This document shows, one piece after another, positions 28,416-43,391 of a stretch of DNA of 64,000 nt (the first letter of the stretch is position 1; every line of letters starts with the position of its first letter). Both the position numbers and the translations under genes were made by a program. The notes below the pieces were generated by a model. That model made no database searches. It was given only the letters and a program-made list of their open reading frames with translations, and was not told the origin of the DNA. The stretch is from Eledone cirrhosa (taxonomy: Eukaryota): positions 45,074,001 to 45,138,000 of the forward strand of contig OZ024741.1 of the NCBI GenBank assembly GCA_964016885.1. The letters are read 5' to 3'.

Positions 28416-28684
28416 TGAGAGAGAGAGAGATAGAGAGAGAGAAAGATAGAGAGGGGAAATGGATATTTATATATATATATATATATAAAGGAAGTAATTC
28501 CGTCGGAAAGGTCCAGGCAAAAAGAGTGCTCTACGTAGGTTACAGAGCTTATTAGTTATGTAATAAAGAACATAAGATAATTATTTCTAAATAATTATCT
28601 TATGCTGTTTATTGCATAACTATATATATATATATATCTCACAAAAAGAAAGAGAATCAGTGTTGCGATGAATGGAATTTATTG

Positions 28685-28779
28685 GACGTATTACAATTGT
28701 TTCTCTGGCGACCAGCTCGAGGCACGATCGATGTGATGATCGAACCTGACGCTGAAATCGCAAGATCCTCAGATACGTC
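28685..28779 (-). ncRNA. Type I hammerhead with extended stem II
   Basis: gacgtat CTGAGGA tcttgcga...tcgccaga GAAA caattG TA atacgtc; 7-bp stem I. Confidence 0.8.
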
Positions 28780-30815
28780 TTGATTCTACGAAGCAGATTT
28801 TCCAAATTTCCTTTTACATCGATATCCTTCGCCTGTCGACTTAGATCCTGTTGTTGTCATTCCATGAGTGGTCAAGAATTGTACACGTCATCGGTATTTC
28901 TAGCCACTCATGGTTGTCCACTATTTGCTTCTTTTCATTCTCCACCTGTCATCAAAGTTGTTTCTTAGATCAGAATTACTACTGTAGTGGGTAAGGGGTT
29001 GTATGCTTGAACTGCTGGCGGCCTTTCGGCATATTCTCTGTCTGTAGGCGCCCTGGCTAGAAATACCGATGACGTGTATATATGTGTGTGTGTGTGTCTG
29101 TGTCTGTGTCTGTGTCTGTCTGTGTCTGTGTCTGTGTTTGTGCGTCCACATATATAATGCATTAGAACCATATACGTAATACGTAATAGCATTTATATAT
29201 ATATATATAGTTTTTATATATGTGTGTGTGTATATATATATATATATATAGATATATATAGTTTTTATAAGGTCTCATGGTCGATTTCTATACAATCAAA
29301 CTCTACCTTTATTTTCGTATAGTTAATCTCCCCAAACACAGTGTTACTCCCCCTTTGATATGCTTCTCATTTCCTATTAAACCGGTTTGCTCAAATCTGT
29401 TATGTATAATGACTGCTGTTTTTGTCGGATTTGTATTAGATATTACAAATTTGGCTGTAGTTACATATATTTTATTTTATGATATGAAGCTTTCACTGTG
29501 ATGGAGAAATATATTTGATAAACAATGGCAAACTATCGATTGACTTAAAGCAAGATGAAATGTTTCACAATATTTATAATGTATAGCCATGTTAATAATC
29601 TTCTGCAAATTTAATTGTATAAAACTGCACTTTTCAGGATATTATACAATCCTGTTTTTTTACACAATATTCTTTTTATGTTTTATTTTATAGTGATCTT
29701 TGCATAGAATTACGGTTGATTCGCCTGTAACCGTGCTTTGTTCTGCGATATGAAATTAGATTTTAAAGTATTATAATCATTTCAAAACAATTTCCATCAT
29801 AATTTTATGTAAGAAATGTGTGAAGGTATGCTCCAAAACCCCGTATTAATAATGGAAAAGTTAATTATATTAATTAAATTCCTTCGAATATCTGCTGAAT
29901 TGCACAAGAGTTTGAAAATTACAGTCAATGTCATTCATTAGGGATAGAGCAACGATTGGGTTAAATGAATTCTAGTCGTGAATCAGTTTTATAGAAGTTT
30001 CAGAAGGTACCTTCTTTCATCCTTATGGCTTATATGTGAACAGTGTCCATAATTGATTTAGTTATTGAGTTTGTATTATAATTCTATCATTATGATTCCT
30101 AAATATATAATAAGTTTCATGGATGTGACATCAAATTAAATTTCAAAGTTATTGAAATTGTAAACTTATGGAACTGAGAAAATATCCACCTATTTTTATA
30201 TCCACATATTTTACTGGTAGATTGGTAAAAACCATAGAGCGTCGGGCAAAATGTTATGAAGGAGCATAGACAAAACTCTTCAAGATAGAAAAACATTAGT
30301 GGATATCATATTGATACTGTACACAATTCCACTGATAAATTAGATGAATAGTGATTTCATTTATTGGCCATAAGGGCCGACATAAATTAGATGAATAATG
30401 AGAGAAAAAATGCTCATAGTTCTACATAATCATACAAATACACCATTGGAAATATATATTGGGCACAAATATAATTAATATCCCGGAGCAATGATTAACA
30501 GGGAAATCTCCACCAGATTGCCTTTCAATATTCTTTTCATTTTCATAAAATTAGATTAGGAAACTTACGATGCATTTTCGTGAATATGGTTATTCCATAT
30601 ATAAGTGTTGCATTTCATAAATAGTATGCTTAGTATCCTGCATGGACACAGATTCACACCCAGGCGCTTTGATTTGCCAACGTATTAAAGCCGGCGATAT
30701 TCCATAATTAATAATATTTTAGTAGGTGAGACACGGCGTTTTCCTTTATACAACACACACAATATCCTACATTCAAGTCTCTCATAACGTCCAACATTAT
30801 CATCTTTTCATCATA

Positions 30816-31000
30816 TGGATTGGTAGTATCGGTAGAGGGTCGGACGCCATGCTCTCCAGCATAGAGTTACGTCCCTTTAAGGTCTGACTTCAAATCCCAT
30901 CGAACTTATCTTTGCCTTTCCTCCTTACGGGGTCAATAAAATAAAGTACCGGTAATGCACTGGAATAATTGCTGGCCTTGTGCCAAAAATAGAAACAATT
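30816..31000 (+). mobile_element. tRNA-derived SINE
   Basis: Matches the 1545-1732 family. Confidence 0.8.
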
Positions 31001-31345
31001 ACTCATATTATTTCACTATTTGTGATTTTGTGATTTATAGTAACAAAAGAATTATTGTTAGAGATACGTAATTAATAATAATTATTTTTATTATAAACAC
31101 GGTTATTATCTTAATTTATATCGAATTACTTCCTGAGAATATTATCATAATTGTTTCATATTACTACGGTTACCATAGTTTTCAATACTTTTATTGTGGG
31201 GCAGTTACCGTTCCGGCCATTATTATCATTACTGCTACTGCGGCCATCATACCACTGTAGCTACAAAAAAAGGTCAAAATATTTTAAATTGCTATAAATT
31301 ACTATAAATTACAGAAATTTAACAGAAATCAACCACCCATCACAT

Positions 31346-31421
<76 letters not shown>

Positions 31422-31512
31422 GTGTGTTTAATGGTAGCTATGGTGCTTCCAAAGGCGGCATGCCAGTTGAGCACTCAATGTTCTTACAGAGCAGAGTGTG
31501 AATAATATAAAA

Positions 31513-32091
31513 AAACGAAAAATCAGTGATGCATCAAGACTCAGTTTATTGCGTGTTACAATTGTTTCGCCACCAGATAGCTCGAGACATGATCATTGTA
31601 TGGATCTGTCTGATTCTACAACTGCAGGTTCTTCGGACACATGCAATGCTTTCGGAGCAAATTTTCTCAATGGGGTGTTAGCTTAAAAAAACACCTTAAA
31701 AAATCATCTTCCACTCTTGTCTTCTGTGGGTATATACTCGCGAGTGTGAGCGGACGTGTGAGATACCAAACCCAGCATTACTCCATTGAAGTGTGTCGGA
31801 CGGAGAGTAGCTGATGACTAGTGTAGAAGCAAATAGTGACCAGAATTTATGATGACGTAGAAAAACAACAGCCAATGGCAAGACAAGAGTGGAAGATGTT
31901 TTTTTTAAGGTGATTTTTGAAGCTAACACCCCAGTGAGAAAATTTGCTCCGAAAGCATTGCATGTGTCAGAAGAACCTGCAGTTGTAGAATCAGGCAGAT
32001 CCAAACAATGATCATGTCTCGAGCTATCTGGCGGCGAAACAATTGTAACACGCAATAAACAGAGTCTAGATGCATCACTGATTTTTCGTTT
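31513..32091. mobile_element. Fold-back element (~210-bp arms) with two variant HHRs
   Basis: 31513-31723 versus 31880-32091; motifs gtgt C(C/A)GAAGA...GAAA caattG TA acac at 31553-31640(-) and 31964-32051(+); related to 28640-28790. Confidence 0.75.
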
Positions 32092-32106
32092 ATATATATA
32101 TATATA

Positions 32107-32900
<794 letters not shown>

Positions 32901-32999
32901 TATATATATATATATATACAGACGTACAATAGTATGTATATACATACATGCACACATTCATTTTTTCCATTTATATATATATATAAGGAAAAAAAGATG

Positions 33000-33430
33000 A
33001 AGTTCTTTGGCTGGAATTCTTTAAGCAGTGAAAGTGCCATTGATCTAGTATTTCTAACATTTTCTAAGACCCCATTTTGACGAGAACTCTCAATTAAATT
33101 TACCCAGAAACACTCCCATTGGTAGTTGAGAATCATCCATACGTATTACGTGTTCGGTCGAGCAGAGGATGAGTGTCATGGTCCATACTTCAAATTTGAT
33201 ATATTGCACTCACCTGAAAATTTGCGCGGGAGGAATTTGACATTTCTTTGACATTTCAAATAATTCCAAGAATACGGGAGGCTTCCACTATCCTCAGGGT
33301 GTTGAATAGAGTGCCCGCGTTTCCCACTCATACCACAGAATCAGAGTACTGACAGTTCGGTAAATATTGACTTGCATATATTTATACGTGAATTGGGTTT
33401 TCTTGGTGCCACACCTTAAAAATGTTGTGC
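33000..33430 (-). pseudogene. Decayed RTE-clade LINE ORF C-terminal fragment
   Basis: IYRTVSTLILWYEWETRALYS and IRMDDSQLP resemble RTE motifs YxxxVxxxLxYGxETW and IRMxDxRLP; stops and frameshifts. Confidence 0.55.
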
Positions 33431-33582
33431 ATATTCTGGAACAAATGATGTTAACTTTCATTATATTGAGTGGCATTTGATTGACTCAAACAAATCAAAT
33501 AGTAATTACTGTGTGAAATACTCAAATTTTGATTTTTACCTATTATATATATATATATAAATATATATATATAAATATATAT

Positions 33583-34550
33583 AATATGTTGAAAAGGTAA
33601 CACACCAGATATAAAGGTGCGTTATCAATAAAACGGAAAAAACCACCAGTGTATGGAAATTATACCTATGAAAGGCAGACTATAGACACGATAATTAAAA
33701 ATATAAATTAAAGCGTAAATAAATACCTCTATAAATATATAACACACGTACAAATCCAAAGACACTAATCCAAAGATGTTTAACCAGTAATTTGTTGAAA
33801 GAAATGGGTTAGCCTCGGTTCATCAGCGTGTGTAAGGCTATACATTTCAGACAACACTAAGAGAATTTTAAAATTGACTGTCCAGCTACACGTGGGAGAG
33901 AGAAGTCACAGTGTGTATAAGGGCAGTGAACCAGTGGCCTCTGACGGACGAACTGCTAGAAAGGGCAGCCCAAAGCCACTCAGAGAAGTGTGCTCAACCA
34001 AACAGAGATAGGAAAGACTGTTATTAGGAGCGAAATATCACGATAAATTAACGGAGGCATAGGTCCTCGCTATTCCCTGTAAATAATGTGCTCAAAGGAG
34101 AAGAAATCCTGAGCTCTTTAAAATAAAATATGTTGAAAAGGTAACACACCAGAGAGAGATATACAGTGCGTTATCAATAAAACAGGGAAATGTATAGCCT
34201 TACACACGCTGATGAACCGAGGCTAACCCATTTCTTTCAACAAATTACTGGTGAAACATCTTTGGATTAGTGTCTTTGGATTTGTACGTGTGTTATATAG
34301 CTATAGAGGTATTTATTTACGCTTTAATTTATATTTTTAATTATCGTGTCTAGAGTCTGCCTTTCATAGGTTATAGATTCTATACACTGGTGGGTTTTTT
34401 CCCAGTTTTATTGATAACCCACTGTATATCTAGCTCTGGTGTGTTACCTTTTCAACATATTGTAATTTAAAGAGCTCAGGATTTCTTCTCCTATGAGCAC
34501 ATTATTTACAGGGAATAGCGAGGGCCTATGCCTCCGTAAATTTATCGTGG
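33583..34550. mobile_element. Non-coding HHR element: ~545-bp unit, partial direct repeat and inverted copy
   Basis: Start repeated at ~34127; 34186-34550 is an inverted copy; HHR at 34202-34293(+) and a G12-mutated copy at 33742-33833(-). Confidence 0.75.
34202..34293 (+). ncRNA. Type I hammerhead with enlarged stems II and III
   Basis: acacacg CTGATGA acc...ggt GAAA ca...tG TA cgtgtgt. Confidence 0.7.
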
Positions 34551-34569
34551 TATAAATATATTTATATGA

Positions 34570-34832
<263 letters not shown>

Positions 34833-34833
34833 A

Positions 34834-34864
<31 letters not shown>

Positions 34865-34895
34865 AATATATATATATAAATATAAATATATATAA

Positions 34896-34926
<31 letters not shown>

Positions 34927-34961
34927 TAAATATATATATAAATATATATATATATATAAAT

Positions 34962-34992
<31 letters not shown>

Positions 34993-35252
34993 AAATATAT
35001 ATATATATAAATATGTATATATATATAAATATATATATAAATATATATATATATATAAATATATATATATGTATATAAATATATATATATATAAAAATAT
35101 ATATATATATTGTTATACTTTGGGAGGGTCATGTTGCCAATAAGAAACACACGCACCAGTTGCTTTCACTTCAATTTATTATATATTTATAAATTTACAA
35201 ATCTATAAACTTATAAATTTCTGGTTGGTTGGTTGGTTCCACAACCAGATAG

Positions 35253-36743
35253 TTGTTTATATATATATATACAAGACCAGCAAGAGGCAGACCACCTACC
35301 ATTACCTCAATGGCCAAGAAAACCCACACAGATAGATGGAACGGGTGGACCAGAGCCATACGGACACCCGAAAACCACGATGAACTGAAGAAAATGATTG
35401 CACATGCGGTAGGGGCCAGCATAAAATTAACCCTTAAGGAACATATGTTCAAATTTAATGGTAAAACATATGCCCAAGAGGAAGGAGCAGCCATTGGTGT
35501 TAGCATTGCAGGCGACATAGCTAACTTATTCATGGTATGGTGGGACAGTAGACTTAAACAAAAACTTAATGAACAATTAGAAGACAGCTTAACCCTGATA
35601 ATGTACTCCCGCTACGTAGATGATATAAACATCGTAGTTAAGACACCCCCACTAAAGAACAGTCAGGAACGAGAGAAAAACACAATGGAAAGCATCCAGC
35701 AAATAGCAAACTCCATCCACCAGAGCATTAGAGTTACTATAGACTACCCAAGTAGACACCCCAACCATCGATTACCTGTACTAGACACAGAGCTCTGGTT
35801 AGATACCATTAACAACCAAAAACAAATCCTCCATTCCCATTATGCCAAACCCATGACTTCCAAACATCTGATCCACCGAAACTCGGCCATTTCGGACCAT
35901 ACCAAAATCAACATACTGATTGCGGTTTTGGTACGGGTGATGAGAAATGTGTCCCGCATGTGCAACCCCGAAGAACTAGAGAGACACATACAACACTTCA
36001 TCCACCGTATGCAGTTCTCTGGCTACAATCAGAGAGATAGAATCAGAGTGTATAAAGGAGCCAGAACCAAATGGGAAAAAATGGTAAATAATGACATAAA
36101 TGGGACCTACCCCTTGTACAGGGGCAAATTTTGGAATAGAATAGAAAGAACTAGGAACAAGGCCAATAGAATAAACTCATGGTATGATAGCAATAAATAC
36201 CAGAGTGTAATGTTCATCAATACAACCCCTAGAGGCGAACTAGCCTACAAATTTAGAAGGGCCCTAAATAAACATAATCTCAATATTAAGATAGTAGAAA
36301 AACCTGGTACCTCCGTAAAAACACTTATTAGCAAGACATACCCGTTCCAAAGACCCTCATGTATAGATAAGAAATGTATAACCTGTAAAATAAGCCCCCA
36401 TATTAACTGTAAAACTAGAAATGTAGTGTATAGCATAAGATGTACTGAAGGACAATGTAGAAACAAAAACATAGTGTACATAGGTGAGACAGCTCGTAGT
36501 ATAGGGGAACGAATAAATGAACACTGGCGAGACCTCCAAGATAATAAAGAATCATCTGTGCTCTACCAACATGCTAAGATAGAACACAGGGGTAGATTAG
36601 AGAGCATAGAAATAAAAATAGAATCCACGCACAGAAAAGACGCAATGTTTAGGCAAATTACAGAGGCAGTAAGCATAAAAGAATTAAAACCAAAATTAAA
36701 TAGAAAATATGAGTGGAACAGCAACATCACAACTTACAATTAA
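35253..36743 (+). CDS. PLE reverse transcriptase + GIY-YIG endonuclease (N-terminally truncated but uninterrupted)
   Basis: QEEGAAIG, RYVDD, LPVLD, CxxxxCxxC linker, NVVYSIRC...YIGETARS, RQITEAVSI, LNRK; real homology starts ~35272. Confidence 0.9.
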   Translation: MFIYIYTRPARGRPPTITSMAKKTHTDRWNGWTRAIRTPENHDELKKMIAHAVGASIKLTLKEHMFKFNGKTYAQEEGAAIGVSIAGDIANLFMVWWDSRLKQKLNEQLEDSLTLIMYSRYVDDINIVVKTPPLKNSQEREKNTMESIQQIANSIHQSIRVTIDYPSRHPNHRLPVLDTELWLDTINNQKQILHSHYAKPMTSKHLIHRNSAISDHTKINILIAVLVRVMRNVSRMCNPEELERHIQHFIHRMQFSGYNQRDRIRVYKGARTKWEKMVNNDINGTYPLYRGKFWNRIERTRNKANRINSWYDSNKYQSVMFINTTPRGELAYKFRRALNKHNLNIKIVEKPGTSVKTLISKTYPFQRPSCIDKKCITCKISPHINCKTRNVVYSIRCTEGQCRNKNIVYIGETARSIGERINEHWRDLQDNKESSVLYQHAKIEHRGRLESIEIKIESTHRKDAMFRQITEAVSIKELKPKLNRKYEWNSNITTYN

Positions 36744-37028
36744 GGACAAAATGAAAACACACACACACATAGAACAAACAACTTACAATTGAAAACACAC
36801 ACAAAATGAAAACACACACAGGACAAAATGAAAACACACACACACATAGAACAAACAACCAACCAACAATAAATAAATAAATAAATAAACAAATAGAAAA
36901 ATGAACACAAACACACACAGACACCCGGATGTGGCGCATGCGCAATCTGAGCACACAACACACACACAGAAACAAAATGGCGTAGGATAGAAGAAAGAAA
37001 AGGCACAGAAACGAAGAAAGGAATCCAC

Positions 37029-37073
37029 AGTCACTGAAGAGGTCACAGAGTGTGTGACGAAAGGACTATGACT
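37029..37073 (+). ncRNA. Minimal type I hammerhead in PLE 3' terminal repeat
   Basis: agtca CTGAAGA g GTCAC agagtgt GTGAC GAAA ggaC TA tgact. Confidence 0.75.
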
Positions 37074-37319
37074 ATATATATAAACAACTATCTGGTTGTG
37101 GAACCAACCAACCAACCAGAAATTTATAAGTTTGTAGATTTGTAAATTTATAAATATATAATAAATTGAAGTGAAAGCAACTGGTGCGTGTGTTTCTTAT
37201 TGGCAACATGACCCTCCCAAAGTATAACAATATCAGTTTCAACACACGATTTCAGATAAAGAATCTTGCTAAACAAATTCAGAAACGAAATATATATATA
37301 TATGAATATATATATATAA

Positions 37320-39845
37320 ATATTGTTATACTTGGGGAGGGTCATATTTGTGTAGTATTGCCAGAATTAATAAGACAACACACTCACTGTTTCGTTGGTT
37401 TTCGCTTTTCGCTTCTGTGTCTTTTATATCGTTAATCTAATTTATTCGGTCCTCAATGTTGCCATTGACTGACCGGCGGTCAAAAATAATACAGATACAA
37501 TATAGACACAAACACATATATATAGTTTATCAGAGTTCTCTCGTTGCACATCTGCAACATCGTCAGTGGTGCTATTGTTTCCTCCCGTTGCATTGTATGT
37601 CTACGCCATTTTTATTTAGTCTGTCTATATATTTATTTATTTATTTGTTTGTTCGTTCATTTTATTTTGTCTTCTTTGCGCATGCGTTTGCGTGTTTGAA
37701 TAGTGTTTTGTTTGATGTGTGTTCGTGATTGGATTACTAGTGTGTGTTTATATGTGTTTGTTGTTATTGTGCTTGTGTACGTATTTATTTATTTATTTAT
37801 CTATTTATTTATTTATTTATACTTCTCTTGGGTCAGTGTTGTTTGTTTGGGTGTTGTTGTTATTCCATTCATTCTTTCTGTTTAGTCTTGGCCTTCTAAG
37901 TTCTATTTCACTGGCCTCTCTGATTTGCCTATCTGCTGGGTCATTTCTATGTTTAGATATTATTCTAATTTCTATGTTGTCTATGTTACGGTCGTGTTGT
38001 TGTCTGGCATGTTCGTATAGTACTGACCCGTTTTTTCGTCCTTTTAGTTCCACCCAGTGTTGGTCTATACTTTCACCTATGCTACGAGCTGTCTCGCCTA
38101 TGTATGTTGTTGTCATGTTTCTGCAAGTACCCTCTGTCCATCTTATGCTATAGACTACGTTTCTAGTTTTACAGTTTGTCCGGGGATTTGCCTTACATAT
38201 GATACATTTCCTATTAGTACAGTGGGTTTTCTTAAAAGGGTAGGTTTTGCTGATCAGGCATTTTATGGTGGTTCCTGGCTTTTCTACCACCTTAATTTTT
38301 AAGTGGGTCTTTCTCAGGGCCTTTCTACACTGGTTAGTTAATTTCCCTCCAGGGGTAACGTCCACAAACATGACACTCTGGTATCTCTGGTTGTCGTACC
38401 ATGAGGTGGCTTTCCCTATCTTATGTCTAGCCCTATCTAAGCTATTACATGATTTGCTCCTGTATAATGTGCAATTCCGTTCATGTCCAGTTCTATGAGG
38501 GTCTTATACTTCCCCATGGCTCCTTCGTATACTCTGACTCTGTCTCTTTGGTAGTAGCCAGAGAACTGCATGCGGTTGATGAAGTGTTGGATGTGTCTTT
38601 CCATTTCTGTTGGGTCGCACATACGGGACACATTCTTCATCACTCGTACCAAATCTGCGATCAGAATATTAAACTTAGCACTACTGGACATTGCTGAGTT
38701 TTTGAGTATCAGGTATTTGGAGGCCATGGGTTTAGCATAGTGTGAGTGGAGAATTTGGGCTCTCTCGTTTATAGTGTTAATCCAGAGTTCCGTGTCTAAT
38801 ACAGGTAGTCTATTGTTAGGGTGTTTGGAAGGGAAGTCGATAGTTACAGTTATACTCTGGTGTATGGAATTAGCTATCTGCTGGATGCTTTCCATTGTGC
38901 TACGTTCTAAATCAAACTTGTTAGTGCTCTCTAGTGGGGATGTTCTTATAACTATATTGATATCGTCTACGTAACGAGAGTACATGATGAGGTCTATGGA
39001 GCTCTCATTAAGGAGATCTTTAAGTCTCCTTTCCCACCATACCATGAAAAGGTTGGCAACATCACCAGCTATGCTGACGCCAATGGCTGCTCCCTCATTT
39101 TGGGTGTAGATCTTCTCGTTGAATTTGAATATGTGGCCCTTTAGGGTAGTTTTGATACTAGCCCCTATTTCATGTGCGACCATTTTTCTTATCTGATCAT
39201 TGTTTTGGGGGTCCGTATAGCTTTGGTCCACCCAATCCACCTTCCCATGGGAGTCTTTTTTGCCATAGAGGGTATGGTGGGGGGTCTACATTTTATGGGT
39301 CTACTAGAGCAGAAACGTCTAAGGTCATGGCTGTCTAGGTAGTCAGAGTCGTAGGTAAGTCTAAGTAGAAAGCCCAGTTCGTCTGTGTCGACGTCGCAGA
39401 ACTCCACCTCACTCTCAATGATCAACTCCACACATTTTTCCACAGCAAAATCAATGTTAATGGATGGGTACAGTGATACCACATCCATGCTGCCTATTAT
39501 GCAGTTGGATAGGTTCCTATTTTTGTTGCACTCACCGTTTCTGCTGAGGAGGTCCTCTGTACTGTCACATACATCTGGGGACATCTTGATTATGGGGCGT
39601 ATAACCATTGAGAGGAAGTAGGAGATCCTGTAGTTGCTAGCTATATTAGCTCCGCATACGGGTCTTGTTGGTAGTCATGTTGTCGGGTCGTCTACTGTCG
39701 TGTGGTCTTTGCGGAGCCCATACAAGGGTAGTATGCCATTGTTAGACGGCTGGAAGTTGTTGGCAGTGCGTCTGCTTGGCTTTGGGATGTCAGTCCACAT
39801 CATCATATGAGCGTTGAGGGTTTTCTCTCTCCCATCATGTATTTG
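37320..39845 (-). pseudogene. Second, related Penelope-like element, frameshifted
   Basis: ORF pieces 39675-39830, 39189-39608 (SMDVVSLYPSI), 38437-39240 (RYVDD), 37817-38371 (NVVY...YIGET); decayed HHR CTGACGA...GAGA at 37529-37571. Confidence 0.9.
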
Positions 39846-39855
39846 CTGTGCAATT

Positions 39856-40628
<773 letters not shown>

Positions 40629-41250
40629 TATATATATATAAAAATATATATATATATATAAATATATATATATATAAATATATATATAAATATTTATATA
40701 CACACACGCACGCACATCCCTGGCAGGGATGTGCGTGTGTTTTTTGTGTTGTCTGTGTTTATACAACAATATATGTGCATATATATACATATATGTGTGT
40801 GCGTATACGTATATACATAGTATCTGTCAGACCAGAGAGTCTAGCTATGTATCTATGTAAGGACCTTACATCCACCACACCACCACAAACGCCGCTACCG
40901 TAGACAACGGCACCACTACCACACACCCACCACACACCAACCCGTCTACTGACAATCCACTAACCTCACACCACAGCCCATCCCACTAAATAACCATAAC
41001 CACCACCATATCATCACATCCACCCCCACATACTCTACACGCCAAGGCCAACCCGCCACCACCACACCACAGCCCACCTCATCCACCGACCGTCACCAAC
41101 ATCTCACCATCACACCCACCCCCATATACACTAGAGGCCAGTACATCGCCTTGATCCTTCCCACCAATCAAAACAACTCATTTTGTCAAACTCTTGAAAC
41201 TCTGACTTTACCACATAGCATGTATTTCATTTTCTTATAGCATTTTAAGA

Positions 41251-41337
41251 GGGTCTGTCGAGCTGCCAATTATTGAGTCGGGTATGATCGATATAGATCG
41301 AACCTTGAGTTGATCAGTGGCGAAACGCGCGTCACCT
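41251..41337 (+). ncRNA. Hammerhead variant with core mutation (CTGTCGA)
   Basis: ggt CTGTCGA..gcca...tggc GAAA cgcgcG TC acc, followed by AATAAA and (TA)n. Confidence 0.55.
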
Positions 41338-41479
41338 ATCAATAAATGCAATGAAGGAATAATCAATCGTCCTTTTTATCCTTTCTATATATCAATATGA
41401 AATATATATATATATAAATATATATATATATAAATATATATATATATAAATATAAATATATATATATATAAATATATAT

Positions 41480-41510
<31 letters not shown>

Positions 41511-41552
41511 AATATATATTTATATATAAATATATATATATATATATAAATA

Positions 41553-41584
<32 letters not shown>

Positions 41585-41623
41585 AATAAATATATATATA
41601 AATATATATATATATATAAATAA

Positions 41624-41673
<50 letters not shown>

Positions 41674-41690
41674 TTATATATATATATATA

Positions 41691-42578
41691 TGGGAAGAGA
41701 TATATTAGTTATATCTCATTTGAAATAATACAGCCAATTTTCCACGCGATACATTTAGTTAGCACCCCGAAGACATAATTGGGAATATAATCACTTAGTT
41801 CCTAATGTTTGTTGAGTGACTTGGAATCTGGCCGGAGTATCGCTAAAAAGCTTTCTCTGATATTGTGTTTATTTACTTACTCTTGGCGCAGCAGATTTGA
41901 AAAAAATTCCCGGTATAAGGTTAGCATTTCTTTGTTTATTTTTTATATATGAATATTGATTGTTCCTTATATCTCATTCTGTTATTTTGCCCGAGAAAAT
42001 ATCTGTGTGCGTCATCAAATGTTGTTCACACATAGATATTTTTTCAATTTCCAATTGAGTTCTTAGCACGTGGCCTGAATTCTTTTCAGAGTTCATTGTC
42101 ACGCGCATGTATTGTTTTTTTTGGCGGTAATTCACTTCCTCATTTTTTGAATCAGTTCGAGCACTTCTTTCAGAACTGCTGGACTGGCAACCTGACAGAT
42201 ACCTCAGGCACAGAAAGTGATTATCGCTAAATGCTGATGTTGGTTAGATTATCAATATTAGTATTATTAAGGCACCCACTGATGAATTATAGGAGCCCAC
42301 TTGAATATATATCTATTGATGGTATACAAGATCCTACATAAATTGGTATAATTTCACCCAAATTGTAGGAACCCTATAATGAAACGAGACGTACGTCTGG
42401 GAAGGGATATATTAGATATATCTCAATTGAAATAATACAGCCAATTTTCCACGCAATACTTTTAGTTACCACCCCGAACACATAATTGGGAATATAATCA
42501 CTTATTTCCTAATGTTTGTTGAGTGAGTTGGAATTTGGCCGGAGTATCGCTAAAAGGATTTCTCCGATATTGTGTTTA
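41691..42578 (+). mobile_element. Non-coding HHR element: 707-nt unit plus ~180-nt terminal repeat
   Basis: 41691-41870 repeated at 42398-42578; both ends abut (TA)n. Confidence 0.85.
42275..42401 (+). ncRNA. Type I hammerhead with long stem II
   Basis: ccca CTGATGA attatagg...cctataat GAAA cg...cG TC tggg. Confidence 0.85.
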
Positions 42579-42803
42579 TATAAATATATATATATATATA
42601 TAAATATATATATATATAAATGTATATATATAAATATATATATAAAAATATATATATATATAAATATATATTTAAAAAATATATATATATAAATATATAT
42701 ATATAAATATATATATATAAATATATATATATAAATATATATAAATATATATATATAAATATATATATATAAATATATATATATAAATATATATATATAA
42801 ATT

Positions 42804-42906
<103 letters not shown>

Positions 42907-43391
42907 TATATATATAGAGATAAATATATATATATAAATATATAAATATAAATATATATATATATAAATATATATATATAAATATAAATATATATAAATA
43001 TATATATATATAAATATAAGTATATATATATATATATATATAAATATATATATATAAATATAAATATATAAATATATATTTTTATAAATATATATATATA
43101 AATATATATATATAAACATATATATATAAATATAAATGAAGTAATTCCGTCGGAAAAGTCCAGGAAAAAAAGTGTTCTATGTAATAACTATATAAATATA
43201 TATATATAAATATATATAAATATATATATATAAATATATATATATAAATATATATATATAAATATATATATATAAATATATATATATAAATATATATATA
43301 TACAAATATATATATATAAATATATATATATAAATATATATATATAAATATATATGTATAAATATATATATATAAATATATATAAATATAT

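Larger units (their letters stand above)
35108..37232 (+). mobile_element. Penelope-like element, 5'-truncated, with inverted terminal-repeat copy at its 5' end
   Basis: 35108-35270 is the reverse complement of ~37075-37232; encloses RT-GIY-YIG ORF; HHR at 37029. Confidence 0.92.

Noticed and set aside
33205-33440. Possible host exon on the minus strand (ttccag ... CAG|GTGAGT)
   Set aside because: The frames I read contain stops, and the peptide pieces match a decayed RTE LINE
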